Positions 25,801-30,779 of a stretch of DNA of 30,779 bases are shown piece by piece; within the stretch, counting starts at the first letter, position 1; each line of letters begins with the position of its first letter. The stretch is from assembly GCA_031425655.1 (NCBI GenBank), contig JANPJS010000301.1, forward strand, positions 1 to 30,779, read 5' to 3'. This DNA comes from Abditibacteriaceae bacterium (GTDB lineage: Bacteria; Armatimonadota; Abditibacteriia; Abditibacteriales; Abditibacteriaceae). The notes under the pieces are model-generated. The model saw nothing but the letters and a program-made list of their open reading frames with translations, was not told the origin of the DNA and did not search any database. Made by a program: the position numbers and the translations under genes.

Positions 25801-27755
25801 AGCGCAAAAACCGATTCGTCCACGATATTCACGCCCAAAGCCGCTAAAACCGCGTGGCCGTCGCGGTTGGTGACTTCGAGGTTGATTTCCGCAGGTTTTC
25901 CGGGCCGATACGTTTCCTGATCGGCGCTGACGGCGATTTTCAAATCGTTGGCCGGGTTGACGTAAATCAACTTGGTGTCGCGGATAATATCGCCGCGCGG
26001 CGTGATGATATAAGCGTTGGCCTGCAAGGTGCCGGACAGCGTTTCGTCCAGTTCTACGCGCAATGTGGCGCGGCCTTTTTTCAACTCGATGGATTGCGTG
26101 AGAACGGTTTGCTTGTCTTTGATTAAATCGAGATAAGCCGTCCCGCCGGAGCGCGTGGAAATCACGTCGAGATGCAGCGTTTCGCCGACGTTAGCGATGG
26201 GACGGCTGGCGCGTAGCAGCAGGCTTTCGTCGGTCACGCGGCGCGCGATTTCGGCAGTGGTCTGGCCTTTGTTGCCCTGCGCGTCGGCGGCGGTGAGTTG
26301 CACCGATAGCGGCTGGCCGGTTGCGCCATTCGCGTTTTGCGGCACGATCATGTCGCCTTCGACCATCATGCGCCGCGCGGCAAAGCCGTTGTTTGCGGGC
26401 GCTGCCGCGACGGTTTTCAGGCCTTCCTGCGGTGTGAGTTTCACTTCGCCGATGCCGGATTTATCGGTTGTGCCCGATAAATCTATGCCCGCGCTTTTGA
26501 AGGTGAAACGCGCGGTTGCGGGCGCGCCGTCGGGATAAGTGGTGAGAACGAAAATCGTGTTCTCGACGCCGGGCACAAGCGCGCCGCTTTCGGGCACGAC
26601 GACGATTTTGATGGCATCGCGCGCGACAGGCACGGTTTGCGTGACGGTTTCCAGATGCTCAGCGGTATCTTTGACGCTGACTTCTAATTTCACGAAGGCG
26701 TTGCCCTGCTCTAACGGCAGGCCGACGAACGATTGCGGCAGCTTGATTTCAAATTCGTAAGCACCGCCCGCGCCGGTTTTGCCTTTGATTTCAGCGAAAT
26801 CGTTAAAACCGACATCGAATGTGGCGGCTTTGACTGTGACAGCGCCGCCTGACACGGTTTTTCCGAAAAAGTAATCGGCTTGAACGGTGCCTTTTACGGT
26901 TTCGCCGGGCCTATAGTATTTTTTCTCGGTCGTGATTTTGACTTTGAATTTCGGCAAGACGTATTTCTCGACGCCGACTTTTTTCTCGTTGACAATATCG
27001 CCCAAAACCGCGCGAACCGTGTAGCGGCCCATATTGATTTCGTCGCCTAAGACAAATTCGGCGGATGCAACGCCCAATTTCGACGAACGGATTTCCTTCT
27101 TAAAAACTTTGTTGCCTTTGGCGTCTTCGACCTCGAAAATCAGCGGTTTATCGGCAACCGGCAGCAAATCGGGGCGCGCTAAAGCTAAGGCGCGAATGTG
27201 AATGGTCTGGTTGGGCTGATAAAGCGGTTTGTCAGTCGTTAAAAGCACTTGCGCGGCTTCGGCGACTTGCAGTGACGAGGAAAACGAATCGGTGCCTAAT
27301 GCGGGTGTATTGGTGTTGACGACCAGTTCGTAGCTGCCTTTGGCAAGCGGCGGCACCACGAAGTTCGCGTCAACCGTCCCGCGCTTGTTGGTGACGCCTT
27401 TGAACAAGGTTTGCTCGGCGCTGCCGCCTTTGCCGTCGGGAATTTTAAGGGCCACACGCACGCCGGCATTGCGGACGGGCGCGCCGTCGCGGTGGTCTAA
27501 GGTCACGATGCGAAGACTGGCGCGGCTGCGCGGCAAAACCGTGTTGGAACCCAGCACGCGCGTTTCCAGAGGGTTCGGCGTCCATTCGTCGGGCGTCCAT
27601 TTGGCGACCGTCGCGGCTTGGCCGGGCTGCATTTTCCCGGCGCCGTAAACTCCCGCGCCGGTCACGGCGGCGGCTGTCACCGACAAGCGGATGAAATCGC
27701 GCCGTGTGACGCTGGAATCTTCGTTGTTATGCTGCGATTCGTTGATGTTGGACAT
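22890..27755 (-). CDS. Alpha-2-macroglobulin/thioester-containing protein with a Tat signal and an inserted GspG-like domain (about 1621 aa)
   Basis: SVTRRDFIR Tat motif; TDKPLYQP, EKYVLPKF, VDESVFAL, VRQFFPETL and DSITTW; thioester motif PYGCFEQ at about 24324-24344; GGFSWFG, WGSTQAT and VYEYYTP. Confidence 0.95.
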   Translation of the reverse strand: MSNINESQHNNEDSSVTRRDFIRLSVTAAAVTGAGVYGAGKMQPGQAATVAKWTPDEWTPNPLETRVLGSNTVLPRSRASLRIVTLDHRDGAPVRNAGVRVALKIPDGKGGSAEQTLFKGVTNKRGTVDANFVVPPLAKGSYELVVNTNTPALGTDSFSSSLQVAEAAQVLLTTDKPLYQPNQTIHIRALALARPDLLPVADKPLIFEVEDAKGNKVFKKEIRSSKLGVASAEFVLGDEINMGRYTVRAVLGDIVNEKKVGVEKYVLPKFKVKITTEKKYYRPGETVKGTVQADYFFGKTVSGGAVTVKAATFDVGFNDFAEIKGKTGAGGAYEFEIKLPQSFVGLPLEQGNAFVKLEVSVKDTAEHLETVTQTVPVARDAIKIVVVPESGALVPGVENTIFVLTTYPDGAPATARFTFKSAGIDLSGTTDKSGIGEVKLTPQEGLKTVAAAPANNGFAARRMMVEGDMIVPQNANGATGQPLSVQLTAADAQGNKGQTTAEIARRVTDESLLLRASRPIANVGETLHLDVISTRSGGTAYLDLIKDKQTVLTQSIELKKGRATLRVELDETLSGTLQANAYIITPRGDIIRDTKLIYVNPANDLKIAVSADQETYRPGKPAEINLEVTNRDGHAVLAALGVNIVDESVFALQEMQPGMEKVYFTLEKELLEPKIEVHGFDLDGVVPIDDTPRLNADKQRVARVLFAAAQPLSEFGINWNSYDQKWQNVAQKWQERVGKDAQIFGVALQKYQQKKGKFPAQDAAIQALLDEQLIKTDATRDPLGTPYKLLPRYKDFNNGFVLISGGPDKKIGTSDDIFMAGWLGGGATRTAGRFTRRKRGGAEFDEFDEDNEMRGAMGAPGAGGAVFALGAADALGMAPPMAMPAPAMRAANGALARNELKLAASESSASPAAPAAEPVRVRQFFPETLFVNANLLTDERGRASIELDMADSITTWRLTTMGSSAKGALGSTTAPLRVFQDFFVDLDLPVSLTQNDEIEIPVAVYNYLPEKQTVRLKLETDEQWFEVVSDDAEKTVEMQPNQVGVARFRIAAKKIGNHKLTVTARGTKLSDAIQRVIEVRPDGKEIWQTVNDRLEGDIAKTITIPPNAVPGGSNILVRIYPGAFSQMVDGLDKMLQMPYGCFEQNASVAYPNILVMDYLKKTKQIKPELQMKAESYINAGYQRALTYEVKGGGFSWFGEAPAHQVLTAYGIIMFNDMSRVHSVDPNIIARTQQWLASKQKADGSWMHDEGGIAEGIINRQSDALRVTAYVLWALAETGFAGAQVQRGAAYVGAKMGGENDSYALAVIANALVAADKNSEMAARALEKLVAQKTEDARTAHWNSKAPTSTGAKGNSADLETTALAVYALMRSGRYSSLVNKVLTYLVQHKDPQGTWGSTQATVWSLRALLAAMDKAAGEANGEVIVKINGEQAGAFVITPKDSDVMRQIELRDKMQPGANEIEIKWAGKGSALYAISGKHFVPWHDEKEPADAKPLDVDVAYDRTELLTGDIVTCRVKVTNRQPMAATNVIVDLGLPPGFEVQSDDLAELVGSKKISKFSLTGRQAILYIDRVETAKPLSFSYRLKAKFPLKAKSPKSAVYEYYTPDNRGESKPVALVVKKA

Positions 27756-27821
27756 GAGAAGCTCCTGAAAGGCAATCGCAGGTTCGACCGCAGAGAACGC
27801 GAAACTGTTCCCGCGTCCCCA

Positions 27822-27867
27822 CAAAACAAAGCAGCGACGAGATAATTCTCGCCGCTGCTTTGTTTTG
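27822..27867. terminator. Terminator-like hairpin between the CSLREA and A2M genes
   Basis: 15-bp arms caaaacaaagcagcg and cgctgctttgttttg. Confidence 0.7.
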
Positions 27868-27879
27868 CGTCCGATTCGC

Positions 27880-30363
27880 TTACTGCGAGGGTTCGTCCTC
27901 GAAGAGTTGCTGAAGCGGTGCGGTGTCATCGTTGACGATGACGGCGGTGCCCTGACCATCGGCGATCACAGCGAACGCGGGACGGAGCAGGTTCACAGCA
28001 TAGCTTTCGTCCGTTTCAACCGTGGTGTCGCCTTTGACCTGAACCGTAATCGTCTTCGTGGTCTCGCCCGGCGCGAAAGTTAGCTTGCCGGTCGCGGCGA
28101 CGTAATCCGAGGTTGTGGCGGTGTCGTTCTGTGTCGCGTAGTCCACGGTCACAGTGTCGGTCGAGGCCGCCGAGAGCGTCACGGTGAAAGTCTGCGCCGT
28201 GTTGCCGGCGTTGCCTTCGCTTACAGCAACGGCGCTTTCAATGCTCAGGCTTGGCCCATCGTCGTTGCGAATGGTAGCGCTGCCACGCGGGTCGCTGATG
28301 CCGGAGTTGGTCGAATTGAGCAGGTTGAGATAAAAGAACTCATCCGCTTCGGGGACGGTATCGCCGATGAAACGCACGCTGACCAATTTCGAGGTCTGGC
28401 CCGTGGTAAAGGTGAGCGTGCCGTTTTTGGCGACATAGTCGCTGCCGGCGATGGCGGTGCCGTTGGAAGTCTGATAATCCACGGTCACCGGCAGGTTCGA
28501 GGGCGCCGAAATCCGGATGATGAAATTCGTCGAGCCGGGATTGGCGGCATCGCCTTCGGCAACCGTGCGCGCGGTTTCTACGCTAACAAGGATGCGCTGC
28601 GATTCAAAAGCGCCGATGTCGCTGCCGTCGCCGCCGACGGCGTTGGCAATCGTGGCGTAGTCGAAGGGACGATCTTCGCCGCGCTGGTCAACAACGGTGA
28701 AAGCCTTGCCTTGATCTATAGCCGGACTGCCGGGCAACAAGCCGTGTGTTTGCGTCGGGCCGCCGTTGCTTTGCAGTGCGCCGACAAGCGGGTCAATCGG
28801 CGAAGCGGCGGTGCCGATCTGGTTGCCGTTGGTGCCGTTGGTGATGCCGGTCAGACCTGCGGTGCCGATGCCGATTAAATTGAATTTGCTGGACGCATTG
28901 ACCGCGCCGCGCACATCGGGGTTGGGCGTGCCCGTATTCAGCGCCACGATGGTGTTGTTCAAAGTCAGGGTGCCGGAGGAATTCAAAATGCCGCCGCCGT
29001 CGCCAGCGGTGTTGCCGACAATCGTCGCGCTGACTACGGTGGCCTGGCCGCCGCCCGTCGTGCTGCCTTGCATGAAGAGACCGCCGCCGCGGCCAATGCC
29101 GGCGGAGCCGGAACTGGTGCCGCCCAACGTGTCGTTGCTGCTAAGAGTGCTGTTGGTCAGCGTTAAAATGGCCACGCTGCTGTTGTAAATGCCGCCGCCC
29201 AAACCGGCGCCGCCCTGCGATCCGTTGCCGCTGTTGCCGCCGTTGGCGGCGTTGTCGTTCAGCGTGCTGCTAATTACTTTGAGCGTGGCGCTGTTGTAAA
29301 TGCCGCCGCCCGAAGCCGCGCCGCCCTGACCCGAATTGTCGCCGCCCTCGGCGCTGTTGCCGCGCAGTGAGGACTTGGTGACAACCAGATTGGCATCGCT
29401 GCGAATGCCGCCGCCCTGAGCAACGCCGTCGTCACTGCCGCGCGCGATGTTGTTACTCAGCGTGCAGGAAGCGTAAGTGCCGGCGCCATTGGTGTTGTAG
29501 ATGGCGCCGCCCTGCCCGTCGGCGTTGAAGCCGCCCGTCGCAGAGTTGGCGTTGAGCGTGCTGCGCGTGAGCGAAAGATTGCCGTCAATGCGAATCGCGC
29601 CGCCTTGAGCGACACCGCCGTTAGCGCCGTCGCCGCCTTGAGCCGTATTGCCGCCAAAGGTGCAGTCGGTGACGGAAATGCCGTCGCTGATGCTGTAAAT
29701 GGCGCCGCCCAATGCCGCGCCGCCGTTGCCGGTCGTGTTGCCGTTGCCGCCCGTCGCGGAGTTATCGCTGAGTGTGCAACTGACCAGCGTCAGGTTGGCG
29801 TTGTTGAAAATGGCGCCGCCCTGCGCGTCACTGCCTTTAGCGCCTACCGTCGCGCCATCGCTGCCCGCAGCCACGTTATTGTTAATCGCGCAACTCGTTA
29901 AATTCAGCGTGCCGTTATTGCTGATACCGCCGCCAAAAGCCGCGCCCACGCCCGAACCCGTCACGCTTCCGTTGCTGATCGTGAGGCGTGCGATGTTCAC
30001 TACAAAGCCGCTTCCAATCGTAAAAACACGAAAAAGAGGTGTCGAAGGATTGGTGCTGCGCGCCACGGTCAGCACGCCCGCGCCGGGGCCATTCAAAGTG
30101 ATGTTGCTGGTGAAATCGGGCAAGGCATCCTTCAACTCGATGGTGCCGGTTACGCCCGGTGTGACGGCGATAATATCATTGCCGGGCACGCTGTTAGCCG
30201 CAGTGATGGCTTCGCGCAACGAGCAATCGGCGTCGCAGACACCATCGCTGGTATCGGCGAGTTTAGTCACCGTGAAGGTGGCTGCCTGTGCCGGGATGCT
30301 CAACGATCCAATGAGGATGGTGAGCAAAACGAGGATTGTTTTCAATCCCAAAAAATGCTGCAT
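27880..30363 (-). CDS. Secreted CSLREA-domain surface protein with GGAIY beta-helix repeats, a choice-of-anchor-Q-like segment and two Calx-beta domains
   Basis: AAGGAG before ATG 30363, signal peptide, DGVCDADCSLREAITAAN, repeated GG(A/G)IYN, LQSNGGPTQTHGLLPGSPAIDQG, and two modules of the VTVDYxT...DY...GxLTF...DE...IxNDD type. Confidence 0.93.
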   Translation of the reverse strand: MQHFLGLKTILVLLTILIGSLSIPAQAATFTVTKLADTSDGVCDADCSLREAITAANSVPGNDIIAVTPGVTGTIELKDALPDFTSNITLNGPGAGVLTVARSTNPSTPLFRVFTIGSGFVVNIARLTISNGSVTGSGVGAAFGGGISNNGTLNLTSCAINNNVAAGSDGATVGAKGSDAQGGAIFNNANLTLVSCTLSDNSATGGNGNTTGNGGAALGGAIYSISDGISVTDCTFGGNTAQGGDGANGGVAQGGAIRIDGNLSLTRSTLNANSATGGFNADGQGGAIYNTNGAGTYASCTLSNNIARGSDDGVAQGGGIRSDANLVVTKSSLRGNSAEGGDNSGQGGAASGGGIYNSATLKVISSTLNDNAANGGNSGNGSQGGAGLGGGIYNSSVAILTLTNSTLSSNDTLGGTSSGSAGIGRGGGLFMQGSTTGGGQATVVSATIVGNTAGDGGGILNSSGTLTLNNTIVALNTGTPNPDVRGAVNASSKFNLIGIGTAGLTGITNGTNGNQIGTAASPIDPLVGALQSNGGPTQTHGLLPGSPAIDQGKAFTVVDQRGEDRPFDYATIANAVGGDGSDIGAFESQRILVSVETARTVAEGDAANPGSTNFIIRISAPSNLPVTVDYQTSNGTAIAGSDYVAKNGTLTFTTGQTSKLVSVRFIGDTVPEADEFFYLNLLNSTNSGISDPRGSATIRNDDGPSLSIESAVAVSEGNAGNTAQTFTVTLSAASTDTVTVDYATQNDTATTSDYVAATGKLTFAPGETTKTITVQVKGDTTVETDESYAVNLLRPAFAVIADGQGTAVIVNDDTAPLQQLFEDEPSQ

Positions 30364-30638
30364 AAAATCTCCTTGTGGTAACACGGGGAATTTTGTGAGT
30401 GTTACCACTAATGCCAAAAATTACTGCTTCCAATTCAACAGGTGACTTGTGTGCGTTTCACAACGCATCACTTATTTGGGTCAAAGGATACACCTTTTAG
30501 AGCAAACCGATGCTCTTTCAACATTGACGGCTTCCAGCGCATAATATGCAGCCTTCTGCACACAACATAGGTATCATTCTTCGTCCGAAGTCGCGCCAGC
30601 ATAGCGAAAAACGTGCCGTCAGAACTGCCAGAATTAAT

Positions 30639-30779
30639 ACTCACCTTACGCGGTCAGGCTGTGATAGAGGCCGCTGCGTGGTTGGATTTGAGTTCGTTGA
30701 GTTGTCGAAAGGCGGTTTGGAGGGCCGCTTGATAAAGTTTGGCTTTGAGTGCGAAGTGATTGAGATGGGTTGCGATGCG
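30639..30779 (-). mobile_element. 3' end of a probable IS701-like transposase (CDS fragment 30654-30779) plus putative terminal repeat
   Basis: Hand translation RIATHLNHFALKAKLYQAALQTAFRQLNELKSNHAAASITA* resembles the NHFALKxKLY C-terminus I recall from IS701-family transposases. It is followed on the minus strand by GCGTAAGGTGAGT then ATTAA. Only 41 codons are visible. Confidence 0.6.

Noticed and set aside
30391..30463. Further CRP- or LacI-like boxes upstream of the CSLREA gene (ttgtgagtgttaccac; ttgtgtgcgtttcacaa)
   Set aside because: Mismatched half-site or wrong spacing; too weak to call.

Overview
GC-rich bacterial chromosomal window. Gene content and style suggest Armatimonadota/Abditibacteriota, which is an inference and not verified. 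Left to right: (1) a large secreted FG-GAP beta-propeller gene on the minus strand, truncated by the left edge, with 198-bp tandem repeats and an in-frame palindromic insertion. (2) A complex divergent intergenic region with two REP-like hairpins, a perfect CRP-type box and a 21-bp tandem array that flips into an inverted copy, directly upstream of an uncharacterised gene with two helical repeats and an Fn3-like domain. (3) An ilvE-mcsA-mcsB-CDGSH-coaX-hypothetical operon with no ctsR or clpC, in which three intergenic spacers consist almost entirely of inverted heptamer-repeat hairpins. (4) A carbohydrate-active cluster: GH39, an unknown 794-aa secreted protein, SGNH esterases, an EamA transporter and a large GH2-like protein. 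(5) A CAP-domain gene, a Tat-signal alpha-2-macroglobulin carrying a GspG/pseudopilin-like domain before its bait region, and a CSLREA/Calx-beta surface protein. (6) The 3' end of a probable IS701-like transposase at the right edge. No rRNA, tRNA or CRISPR was recognised. The most intriguing items are the 21-bp array with its helical/Fn3 gene, the pseudopilin-bearing A2M and the heptamer-hairpin spacers.
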